Source: Lingula anatina (Eukaryota > Animalia > Brachiopoda). Taken from it: 64,000 nt of DNA. The stretch lies in the NCBI GenBank assembly GCA_051362555.1, contig CM120646.1:16678001-16742000 (forward strand). Direction: 5' to 3'. The position numbers were made by a program, and so were the translations under genes. This document shows, piece after piece, positions 1 through 12,733 of the stretch (positions are counted from its first letter, which is position 1; each line of letters starts with the position of its first letter). The notes under the pieces are model-generated. The model had not been told where the DNA came from. It did no database searches and saw only the letters and a program-made list of their open reading frames with translations.

Positions 1-340
1 CATATGACTTTTGGAAAGCCGTCTGTAGAAATTTTTCCCGTAACTCCTTCCGTAGGGTAGATAATTAGCATTTAATTTTGCCATTTTTGGACAAGGGTGC
101 ATTGCAATGAGTGCCACACCCAGACCCCAATACCGACAAAGCCCAAATTTTACGTGGAACGAGTTGAGATTATAGGTGACCTAAATCCATGAGATGGGTA
201 TGGGGGGCCTTACCGTCTAGGAGGAGAAGCGGTAACGGTAGCCGTCCGGCGGAGCCGGCGGAGCCGGCGGAGCCGGCGGAACGATCCGGACGAGACCGAA
301 ACCATGTGTACCGCCAGCGCTAACGCTGGTGGTACAATAA
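1..340 (+). mobile_element. 3' end of a non-autonomous Helentron/HINE (Pearl/DINE-like) element, truncated by the window edge
   Basis: GC-rich island in AT-rich DNA with a short tandem core (gccggcgga, about 3-4 copies, ~247-280), then a terminal palindrome gtaccgccagcg-ctaa-cgctggtggtac (~308-335) followed by aataa. The family call rests on this architecture only. Confidence 0.55.
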
Positions 341-984
341 TTCACTATGTATAATTTCAACAACTCAAATTTGTTTTGACCTTACTTAAAAACACATTTC
401 CCAACATTAAAATCAAATAAAAAAGAGATGACAAAGCATGAAAAAAAAAACATGCTTGAAATTTTAGCAATAAGAAAGGCAAAAAAAAAAAAAAAATGGA
501 ACATTATTCAACTGAGCCTCTTAGTAAAATTGATATGTATTTAATATAGATGACTCCAGCAAGTAGAAACACACAACTGTGTCCGTTTCCCAATGATAAA
601 CAAAGTGCATGGCCATTCCATCACACTAGCCACACCAACAGACTGGTGATAGCTGCAAGAATGGACAAATTCAGTGTCTGCATGAAAATCTCCCACCCAC
701 ACAAAAAATAATACAAAAATAAATAAATAATAAATAAAGAAATATTTAACACAACATAGCTTAAAAATTAAAATCATATTTCTATTGAATCTGATATCAG
801 TTAAAATATCACTTCCCTGAATCTTAAACATCTGTCTTGGTTCTCCTGGGTCTTCTGTCATTCCAATAGATGTCACCAGTGTCTTATATGATATTAATAA
901 TGTCACAATTCCAAGAGTGTTACACATGTCATCATCATGAATGACACTATCACAAAGAGTTTTGTTACATGTTTATATTTGGCG

Positions 985-3900
985 TTAGTGTCTATGTCCA
1001 TTTGACATGTCTTCACTGGCCGAGGCAATACCTGAATCTGGCTTTATCCCATCCTCATCTGCATCAGACTCCTCTGACTCTTCGGGAGAACTAAATTGAA
1101 AAACAAAATCAATTTTAATGATTTAAACTAAGTTTAAAAAAACAACAGACCAAAATTTGGAACCGTAACTGATGAGTCACAGTCTGGTACGTATAGGAAA
1201 ACAGAGAACACGTTGGATGTCTGTTCACATGCTCTAACAACAGGAATTTCTGATGTACACAACAGGCCTGATAGACAGTGACAGTAAATAAGGTAACATA
1301 AGTGCAGCGCCTGCATATTTCTATAAAAAATACCTATACCTGTCATCATCATCATCATCATCATCGTCATCATCATCGTCGTCTTCATCATCGTCGTCAT
1401 CCTCATCATCATCACTCTCTTCAGAACTGGCCTCTGCATCTGTAAAATGTCAGAATATCAAAAATCTGCTGCTCCCTGATCACTACAACATGTTGAATAT
1501 AACCTGAATATCCATCTAGGTAGCTAAACATTAAAAAGAATATTGATTTTAACCTTCTTTCAGAAATGTTAAGTTCACACAGACTTTCAGGGATGTAATT
1601 CCGAAAAAATGTACCAATTTTTGTATATTTATATGGTAATCACATGAAATCAAACACAGCAGACAACATCACAAATTATGACAATCACTTGGGAAAAGAA
1701 ATGTGATGGGACTATACAACAAATTGTGGTTCATTAATCCGTGGTGCAAAATAAAATATTTGACACAACTCACAATATAATTTCAACAATTGAATCTGGT
1801 TTTAAAAACAAAGGAACAAGAGTGACTTACCAAGCTGCATCTTCTCTTCAATCAGTGGTTTGAACATGAGAGCCTCGGGGTGTTCTGGCTCATACAGGAG
1901 AACTGGAAATGGGTTTTAATGAGAATGTTAAAGTCTTTAAAGCTTGAAAGCAAATTACAGGGATGGGATGCAAGGATGCTTAAGAGAAGCAAATCCTCTA
2001 CCCCATCCCAGAATCCCCAAAATGATGAAAACTGCACTCCATAAAGAAAAATAAAGTGCAGTATTCTCAAATACCTTTTAAAAGCACTCTGAACCCTTGA
2101 AAACTCCCATATTTCTTAAATGTTCTGTTGTATGCACTTACTCATCTGACAGAGTTTAGCTGCATTTGGGTAATCTTGCTCCATCACACATTGAAGAAAC
2201 TGGAAGAAGATTTTCAAAATTTAGTGAACAGCTTTTTTGTGCAATGGCTTTTCTTGCCTGTGCTATACATAGTTTACCAGCAAAACTTGTTGAACTGTAA
2301 GATGAAAGTATTATCGAAAGAGTTGAAATTGTTATATCTTTGCATGTCTTTTTTACTTTTCGTCAGGTTATATGATTCTAAAAGAAAAGATTGCTTTCAA
2401 TTTTATAGAACAAACACCTTATATTTTGATTATACTTCGAAATGTGACTAAATTCTAGACTTTATGTGAGACCAGTTCCTGTGGTGAGGACAGTATTTAC
2501 CTCCATAATCAACTGGTTGGGGGCCTTCACCTCCTCTTCCTCCTCATCTTCTTCATCTTCATCCTCATCTTCCGCATCAGCGTCATCGCCTTCTGCAGTG
2601 GCTATGTCAGGTTTGACAGATTTGTTGCTATTATTCCTGTACAAAATGAACTGTTGTAATAAATGCTAATATTAATGTAATAACCAAAAAGACAAGGAAC
2701 GTTGTTATTTTTGTATGAATTTGATAGAACTTCTGACAAAAGATGAAAGTTTGGCACATAGTTATGACTTTGTGATCACTAATTGTCATAATGATATCAT
2801 CTGTTATCAGACAATGATAATCAAAATTTATATTATTCATTCTGCAGAAAGAGAAAAAAAAACATGAAGCCCTAAATATCTGATTTTGAATTCTGAGGAT
2901 GCTTTTTCCCTGCTATGCACTCACTGTGCATACAGTAATACAAGATTTGACTGATACAAAAAAACCAATCCATTTCCACTGTATCCACATACCCATTACT
3001 GGATGCTTCCGCCCCAGCACTGACTGCTCTCTGAGGGTCTGGAGCTCTCTTGTGGTGAGAAGAACCTTGAAAATATTGAAAAATATTCTGAATCGGTTAT
3101 AGAAGATAACTTTTTTTTTAATGACTTATATAGTACATACTTCCTTTTATTTCATACTTCATTGTGTCCTACTGTGACATCAACACATTTAATCAAATAT
3201 TAATTATAAAAACTTGATTAAGTAATACAAAACAAAAAAAAAGCATAACCAGCTCCATGCATCAGATGTGAAGATGAAGGAAGCTTGAAGGAAGTGACAT
3301 TGTGATTGCTGTAAAACACTTTCCAGTGTCTCAATAAAATTGGGCTAGGTGTGACAGCTTTAGTGTGTTTGAAGTGACTTCAAGACTGTGCTAAAACAGA
3401 CAACACTATTGTGTTAGTTGTGACAACACATTCCTCTCCACTCACCACCAAGCAATGGATGTCCCTGCAGTGACATGTCCTTCATCTCCTGTTCTAGCTT
3501 GGTTTCTTCTCTCCTAAATACAACAAATGAAACCTTAGAATCCTTTTCACTTTGAAAGCTTGTTGGCATGACACATTTATATTTGAGGGCATAAAAGATA
3601 TTCAAATAAAATAAGATGAAAGCTTTGGAAAAAGAAGGGCTGTGTTATCATACTTCTTGTTGACTTTCACTAGAGAAATAGACATTATTATAAAAGCCTG
3701 TCCGTTTCTCATACAGCAACTAGTGTCAGCCTTTGTTAGGACATTTTTTATAATATCAATATATTCAGAAATATCAGTCAAGGTAGCCCACCTAAGTCTC
3801 TCTTCCTCCTGTGCTTCATATGCCTTCCAGTCAAAGTCTCCAAAACTCACATCGGTGCTAATAAAAATAGCAAATGAAAACAAGGAAATGATCATAATAT

Positions 3901-6163
3901 ACAAATATATTTTATTTTATCATTGACTCTGCATACCTCATATGAATGATACACAGGGTTCCCGAAAATGTTTATTAGCAACATTGGACGGTCATAAATT
4001 CCAAGACTGAGATGAGTTGGATTTTATATGAACTGCTGATACATGGAAGACACTGTTGATCAAGTTGAATTGAAAAAGTGATACGGCACTTTGTCAGAAA
4101 GAATATCAAAAATCCATCAGTAGTGAACATTAAGCTTTTTAATTTAAAAATTCAAGCAGTGAAACAATAAAAGATAACACACTCTTCTTTCTTCCTGACA
4201 GTCTGCAGAGCCACCTGTTTGGTCGGAGTCATACTCCTCCTCCCAGAACCAGAGTCTGCTCTCTGTAGACCTGGAGGTCGGCTGCCTGCACTGGCTCTCC
4301 TGGAGATATCAAAAGGACAGCTTGTGAACTCTACTTATTAATAAAATATTAATGCACTATGAAACATGTCTAAACCTCAAAATATTTGAGAATATCAAAA
4401 TAGGTTCCCATTTATGTTTTCAGCAGGATGTGTCACACCTAACACATTCTGTTCATTACAAGTACCTTGCTCCACTACCAGCTCTTTTTTCTGAACCAGG
4501 ACTTCCCATGGAACCATCACCAATTTCTAAAATTATAACAAATCACTTTTTATTCATTAATTTTTTTCTCACTGTATTTAAGGAACAAAATATATAGTAA
4601 CAATCAATTAATACAGAAAGTCTGTCACAAATATTCAATTCCACGACTGTATATATCATGCCATTGGTGACTAGTTACATATGTTAAGATTTAATAGTGA
4701 CACAAATCACGAGATTTTTACTTTGCTTTCTCATCTATATGAAAACAGCGTGTGGGTAAATTTTTTTTACTAACCTTGACCTTGTGGGGGAAGAAACTGA
4801 AGACTGCTTCCAGTTTGCTGCTGTTGAAGAGAGAAATTAAACACCTCAACTAGTAACAAGCAAATCAACATAGTAATAAATTAATACCAAGTTCCAAAGT
4901 AATACTGTATAACTAAGTGACACAAGTAATAACATGTATTGATGACTATAATCCTATCAAGATAATTCTCTTCCTCTATACAGTATGCTTAGGTATAGCA
5001 CTGGTTTGTTGTGCATCCTCTGTTTGAAAATGTGAAGCAAAATTATCATTTTCACCCTTTAAAAAAAAGCTATTTAGAGGCAAACAACTTACCTTTTTCA
5101 CAGGGCCTGACATTCTGTGTGAAGATATTGGTGATCTATAAAAAATATACCAATGCAAGCTTGCAGCATATGTAAAACAGGCTTTTACTTTGTTGATTTT
5201 TATGTCAATTATACAAGTAAAAAAAAGAAAAAAATTCAACTCATAAGCTATAAACTGAGTTTGTTTTTCCACATCATCAACAGACCATCTTGTACTATAA
5301 AAGGAAAACTATGTATTGAATTGTACAACATCTTATTAATTATAATCCTCTGAAATCTTCTTAACTAATCAATACTCTGCTGCTAAAACCTACAATAATT
5401 CAATACTTGGAGCCAGATTTAATGAGCAACCCTGAACCAGATTACTAGTACATACAATATGTCAATATTCTTATTCTGTGGGTTATTAACAATAAAGCAA
5501 CAATGTATGTAGTAAAGTATATGAATGCTGGCATTTTGACCTTTATATTTCCATAGTCAAGTCACCTACAAAATCCATTCAGATTTATAGACCCAAGAAA
5601 ACTACAGTCCAGATAAAAAAATTGTAGATAAAGGTGAAATCAACTAAAACAACTCCTGAAATTCTCTTGATATGATCCAAATAGTAGCTATGATAAATCG
5701 TCTTTTTTTCATTAGTTCCATAAAAAAGTTAGTCAATGAGGACTAATGGCCAATGTTGTTGACTGCTTAACATGAGGTGAACCTCATTAATACCTGTACA
5801 GAACGGGGCCGTAGCAATAGTCCGAAGGTTTAATAGTCCGAAGGTTCATTGGTCCGAAGGTTCTATAGTGAACCAATGAACCCTTGATTAAAAAAACGAT
5901 GAAAATGTTACCATTTTTCGGACCAATGAACCTTCGTGCCAATGAACCTTCGGACTATCGAGACGCCCCCGCACAGAACTACCAGTAGACCAAACTTCCA
6001 TCTGTAGTACTAATACTGTACAATGTCTGTATTCACCTTATGACAACATGAAACAGGAATGTGATGCACTGTACACACTTAAACCTTATATTATATTACT
6101 ACTGAGTAGTACTTACCCCCTTGCATTACTTCCCAGGGGTGAGTCTGATCTTGCATGAGCCAT
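985..6163 (-). CDS. ERICH2: Glutamate-rich protein 2 (ERICH2)-like, 13 coding exons
   Basis: GT-AG exons that join in phase: 6117-6163 (MAHARSDSPLGSNARG), ~5092-5134, ~4775-4820, ~4466-4526, ~4181-4299, ~3792-3857, ~3446-3513, ~2993-3065, ~2501-2636, ~2142-2199, ~1831-1902, ~1340-1439, 985-~1089 (ends GHRH*). Spliced core KAPNQLIMEFLQCVMEQDYPNAAKLCQMILLYEPEHPEALMFKPLIEEKMQL matches the ERICH2 motif (AP.ELM.EFL....Y.LA.KLCQMILIYEPENPEA..F..LIEE) and is flanked by D/E tracts. Confidence 0.85.
5805..5970. mobile_element. Foldback/Mutator-like MITE with 16-bp subterminal repeats in ERICH2 intron 1
   Basis: Starts gggg, ends cccc; the left arm has tandem (a/g)gtccgaaggtt units and the right arm has their inverted copies (aaccttcggac); flanked by 9-bp near-direct repeats gtacagaac (5796-5804) and gcacagaac (5971-5979). 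Confidence 0.7.
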
Positions 6164-8380
6164 GTTGGGATGTTAGTCAAGCTGGACCAGACAAGCACAT
6201 GTACAAATGCCCTGTACAAATTGATTCACATATATAGGAGTTTACATGTTTCTGCCACCCTCCTGCTACCTGCCTCTTTGATCTTTGATCTTGACCTGTA
6301 TTTAGGAAAAAGTCAGATGATTATAATCACCAGCTGTTTGTTTATGTTTAACTTTATCCAGGCAAGTTACTCACTTACTGTTGAAGAAAAACTTTTGGCC
6401 AATGAACTTTTGAATTATTTTTTTTTACAAAGAGCTGTATTACTGTTAGGATAGATTCACCGTAGGTATCGAGTCTAAGCATGGGGAATGAATAGTAAAT
6501 ACTAAATGTGCCAACTAGAAAAATAATGCCTTGTACATGTGTTGTAAATGCCTTGCAATGAACGCATTTTAATTACGGAAAAAACTAAAAAGATTTTTAT
6601 TTCTTTTGTTTCTTAGCTTCTTTTAAAATATTCCTGATAAAATATCGTTGTTTATGCTGCTTATATAATAAATCAACAGGGGATAAACAATTCCAGTTTT
6701 TACTAGTTTCTGATTAAACAATGTAAATCAGCTGCAGCAAGAAGAAACCATGCGAGTGGCAAGCAACTGCCAACTGACAGACCATTTCAAAAACAAGAAC
6801 GTCAAGGATAGAAGGTACCCACCAGGTTTTGAAGTCTCGTGCAGTTTCTACGTCAGAATAGCATATCTTTCAGTTCACCGATAATCTTCTAATTGAAAAT
6901 AGGGTTGCTTTATGACAAAACCTTAACAAATTTTGGCGTTGCTAAATTTTTGTTAGGATGCTGAAAAGAGACTCGTATCAACATCGATAACATATCTTAG
7001 CCAAGAAAAGCCAAAAGTGTGCCAGTTGAGATTTCTACACGCGTTACGATTTAGACGACTGACTTGAAGTTTAAGCAATACTCTGGTCTAAACTGCGTGC
7101 AAATACCACTAAATAAAAGTTTCTCTTGCTTTCAACCTGTGGCTCACTCGAGGGCATTTGATAAAATTTAAATAATCATTTTAAAATGTATGACATGAAC
7201 TAATATAAAAAGAAGTTAAGCTATTATTTCACAGAACTGTGCAAGTGCGCAAGAAATTACTTTAGGTTTCATCAGCTTTACTTTAAAACAAAGATACACT
7301 GTGGACCTTTGGCACCCATAAAATCGAATAACTATTTTTGAATCAATTTACGGACTCAAACACCCTGTGGAAAGCCACTTACTACTCATTTTGTGCTCAA
7401 TCGACTATAAACTCGTTTCACGTGCAATATACTTGGAATCATATATAAGTAGATAAACAACAAGACCCAAGTTTTGCTTAAGACAGCTTTTATTAGACCA
7501 CCATTTTGTTACAAATAAACCTTCCATTAAGAATCCCCATCGATACATACGAAAACATCAATTTTACCTATCACTACTGTTCCGCAATCAGGGTGCAAAG
7601 GTGAAAAGATATCTTATATTGCACTTTGATATATATGTGTATCATGTTTAACATACCAGAAATAGCACCCATATTTCACCATTAAAGTCAGTCTTTATGA
7701 GTGTACTTTTTAAGTACACATACCATTTACAGTTCCACCAGGAGAGAATGTTTTGCCACCAACAGCATATAATTTACGTTATGCCCTTCACCAAATAACA
7801 GTAACTAAAGAATGTCAAACTGGGAAATGTCTGTATTATAAGATAAATAAATTCAAAGGTGGTTTGTCAACTGTTCATAAATCAATATTTGGAGCTCTAA
7901 TTTCATCTTGAAAAGAGTGATGATAGTACTTTCTTTTTGCATAAAGCCACTACAAGAGAGATTTTGAATGCACATTTAAATAGTTATGAAACGCTTTAAA
8001 ACATGAAAAATGTTAGTAGAATGAGACAATTTTTTTCACAAAACAAATTAATTTCAAAGCTAAATGTCATTTCTTCGATTCTTTAGAAAAAAATATCAAA
8101 TTACAATTCCTTAAATTGGGAAAAATTCAAATATTAACAATGAGACTCAAAAACATTCTACCAGAGCAAAAGTAGATTGGACATTGTAATTTGAGAATTT
8201 ACATTGTCACAATGAGTTAAATGATTAATTCCATTGTTTAAAACACAGACATGCATGAGTTATAACAATTACATCCAGAGTCAATGATAATATATAACAT
8301 CCAGAAATCATAATAATACCAATACAACCATAATTGGTATGTGCAGTGGTCATTCGATGGGGTTCTGTCACCAAGCACGA

Positions 8381-11300
8381 CTACTCCTCAGCTGTCTCGA
8401 TGATTTGCTGGAAGTCAAAGGCATGGAAAGCGTAGCCCTCGCCTTTGTAGAACTTGCTCTGGAACTCCACCCTGGAACAGAAAGACGTTCATGTTTGTAG
8501 TAAAAGGAAAAAAGTACTTAAAATTTCTTAATGGTAACATATAGCAAAGTTTTTTTAAAAAGTCAAACAAAAATATATTGACCAGCATCAATTCAATTTT
8601 GTTTATTTTCTCCTTGTATATTATAGGCATGTAATTCTGTGTGCTCAGACTTCTTCAATTAATCCTCAAACTTTGACCAGGATATACAGACACACTTTCC
8701 CACACCATGTTATGTGGCACATATTGTGGTGCTTCAATTACTACCATACTAACCAGTGCAAACGCAGAGTGTGCAAGAAAGCAGACAGGCCCTCCATCAA
8801 CAACAAGATGGCGATGGTCAGCACAACCCAGGCAGCAAAGATAGGAACCAGGATGACACCACCGTAATATCTGCCCTGTCTGAGGCCAATCTGCAGGACC
8901 ATGTCCCACAACACTTCAGACAGCTCTGGAAAAGAGACGATACAGAGGATGAATGACAACTCATTTCCATTACTGAGAGTAAATTTTATTTTCAAGACAA
9001 TCAACACTTGTTCTAGGGACTCGGTTAAAAAAAAAAAAAAAAACGTTGCCCATTTTTTTCTTTTTTTTTTCTTTGTGAAGGAGAAATTTATCTTTTCAAA
9101 TTGTACGCCAAGACCAATTTCAGACCAGTTTCTGGGACAGACCCCAGCAATCGTATTATCACAAATTAATAATTATAACAATTAATGGGTCATTTATAAT
9201 TAACACACCATTCATTTACGCAGGAAATGGTCAGACAGTGGTCTGACCATCCATCTCTAACCATGCTTATAACTTACGTGCGTGGGCCAGGCTGAGAGCC
9301 CACAGTCGCAGGTAGGAGGCTGTGTGGGAGATGGTGCCCAGACAATACTCTATAGTGTGGATGGCTGTGTGAATGAACACCTCAGCAAAGTCAAAGTCCT
9401 GGCAGTGGGCAATGGACAGATAGATTTATTAGTTAATATAATACATAAAATTCATTTGTACTCATATGCATGACCAGGTGGATGGATGAACGGACTGAAA
9501 AGAATACAGATCTGAAAATCTGAAACCGAGTGAGGTGGAACAACCCCCAGCTAAACAATACTGAGACCTAATTTTTCCCAAAGAAAAACATGTAGAACAT
9601 ATTCTTTGCAGTTATCAAAGTCAGCCTGTGACCGATTTCTATCCATTACATAATCTTTCATCAATGAAAAAGTATGAAGGAATTAAAACATTTAAAATTA
9701 AGTTTATCAATGTTAATTAATCAAATCAAATATATCCGTCCAATTACAATTAATAACCCTATACCAACTGCAAACATACAAAATGCAGCCATATGTTACT
9801 TCTTGCTTTTAAAAGGTTATAAGTTAACCACTATTACAAATTAATTGCAAATTTGAATTCATTTTCATGAGTGGTTTGAACTTATTACACATGCCTTGTA
9901 ATCTACATTACATGCAATAAAATTATCAATTCAACTCAAACTAGATTAAGAGGTAAACATCTGAAAAAGAAAACCAAAATCAATTTCAAAATAAATATAA
10001 TAAATTGATAAATCAACCCAATAAAACCCACAAACAAGCCATTTCTCTTGTATGTCCATCACTTGTTTAGTACTTTTTAGGGTATTTTAATGTACACTTC
10101 CAGTCTACCATTTCAACATAATTTTAGGAAGACAACAATAATGACAAATGAAAATCAACAAGATAGTGAACATCAATGTGTTCTACTAAAAGGTGCTGAA
10201 CTAAGTGTGGACATGGAAAAATAACAGGCCAGGGTCAGTTTGCACAAGAGAACTTTAGACTGTGAGTTGGTCTTATCTTTTTGACTCAATTTTTGGAGTC
10301 ATGTCAATTTGGGATTCGTATGAAGTAGTTCCCTACTGGTCAAAATCATTAGCCATGATTGCTCTTTTTTTAACAGGCATAATATTTCATTTAATTGGAC
10401 AACAACTGTTTTACTTTGGGTATAAGTAAACTATAACTTTTTGCCTAAATGATAAGACCAATCTCTGTCTAATGTTTTTTGTGACGTTGGCCCCTTTATG
10501 TAGTGCTATAATATAGCCCACTTCAATATGTACTGTATTCCACTATATGATATCATATAACCACCACCACTGCAATGACAGATTCAGTCAGCCATGCTCA
10601 GCAAACAGCTTGTGTGCTTTAAAAACTTTCAAAGACATTTTTTACAAATTTCCTTTTTCTTTCTTTTTGTAGGTCAGACCATAAAAAATTGGCTATGATT
10701 TTGAAAGAAGTGGGTAATGAAAGTTGAGAAGCCAACTTTGGCTGAAAACTGTAAGTCATCCTGGTTTTATAAAACTTAGTCGAGGAGGTGATTTAGAGAG
10801 GTATTTGGAAAGGCAGGCAGGAATTTCACAGGATGAAGAACTTCATGTGGTTGGAAAATGACCAATTTGAAAGTTAGAAGAATCTTGGGAAACATTTGAA
10901 AATAACGAGCAAAGATGAATCTGGAAGACTGCACTTAAAGTAATCAATTTTACAGTTAATTTTTTTCTACACTGATTTAAGTGAGGAAAGAAACAATAGT
11001 AAAATTCATTGTTATTCCAGTAAAAACTAGTGTAAATACTAAATTCTATGCAAAATTCATTACAAGTAAGAGAGTTCAACTTCTACCAGACAACCATGTA
11101 CTAGGCAATCTCTTGTATAAAAACCTATCAGAGTGATTCAGAATCCTAAGAGTATTTTGATGAAATTCAATATTTCTAGCTAAGACAAACATTTATTTAC
11201 GTACCAAATTTTCTGTATTAATCACCTATTCATAATGTTACAGCTAATATTTATATGAACCTAGTTTTCTTACAATAATTCTGATTTCCAATGAAAGTAA

Positions 11301-12700
11301 GCTTGGCAAGCAGATTATCGTAATTATTGAAAAAACCTTCAGGGAATTAAGGGTTAAGTAACACCTCGTAATAGCTATACAAAATTCAAAGCATATATTG
11401 TTAAGTAAAAAGTTTTGTTATTAATATAAATGTATGTAAGCAAGCCAAAAATAAATTGTGTTATTTGAGTTATGCACAGCATAAGCAAAAAGACTTCTGT
11501 CTATTTTGATGATTGTGTCTAAATGGAAAGATGTCTCCATAGGTTTGGATAATCAAAATCTTAAACTGTATGACTTTCAATAATTAAAATGAAAACAATA
11601 TTTAGTGAGATATATAAAGTTTTAGTTCCTAATTGTTGTATGAGAACTTTTGAGGCAATGTGTACTTAATAAATGCATAAGGAAATCAAACTATTTTGTG
11701 ACAAAAAGGTGTTACTGCAAAGTTAAAAGGAAGCATAGGCTAGCTACCACTTCTCAATCAGGGAATATAAACTGAATTGTATTTGTAGTGTTACTTAGGC
11801 TTAATAATAATAATAATAGTCAAGAGATATTAGTATTACATCACACAGAGAAGAAACAATCAGGATAAAGTTATCTTCAATGAAAATAAAGGTAGATAAG
11901 AGGATTTGTGGTTATAAGTCACAAACAAGCAACAACATTGGAGGCCAAATGGACAAAAAAAAAAGAAAAAAAAAAAGAAAAAAAAGAAAAAAAGAAAAAA
12001 AAAAAAAAACAATGTGACAGCACATATAGCACACACGTTGTTACGTCTGATCTGGACTGACCTCCTCCTTAGCGCCCCCTGGTGCTGGCGACCCAGCTCC
12101 AGACGTGGACACTTGCACTGCGTCATGGTGGATTATCTCCTGTTCGGAAGTGGTGTCTGCTGGGGCACTTTCTGCCTGTTCCCCATGTTTCTTTGATGCC
12201 TAAAGAATCAGCATCACACCCAGTTAACATCAACCAATAACACTCCCCAGAGATGGTTGCTAACAGCAGACAGTAGGGGTGGGTGAGGTGGTTGGGGGTG
12301 TGGGTATATTATTTCACAACTCTTTACATATGAGGACTTCCTTTTTTTTTCAGCAAGTTAGCTAATATGTACCAAATTCAATTCAATGACAAATTGTCAA
12401 GAATTATTTCAACAATCAATTTTGAAACCAGTAGAGCTTTCTTGGTTCAGTTAAGCATCATCAAATGCATCCCACTTCCCTAGAGTCACACCCACACCCT
12501 CAGTGCAGCAGCAACCATCCCCCCCCCCAGTTCCACATAACTACAATCCCCCCAGCACTGTATACCTCCTTAGCTTCATGTGAGGCAAGCGGCGAAGTCT
12601 CGTCATGGTGGGTGACTTCACTGTCTGGAGAAGGCTCAGCTGCTGGTGCATCGTGCTCCGCATGTGATTTCTAGTGGTACACAGTTGGTATAATTATTCA

Positions 12701-12733
<33 letters not shown>

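Noticed and set aside
1134-1439. Poly-Met ORF in the track
   Set aside because: Off-frame reading of the (GAT/GAC)n Asp tract in an ERICH2 exon.
2466-2669. Poly-Ser ORF on the plus strand
   Set aside because: Antisense shadow of the acidic ERICH2 exon.
8230-8383. Open frame of about 47 codons after the V-ATPase stop (possible readthrough)
   Set aside because: TAG-T is not a leaky context, the C-terminus already matches the family end, and the extension looks like UTR.
11200-11225. 8-nt microexon-like segments here and near 25570
   Set aside because: Not frame-preserving, no compensating partner found, weak context.
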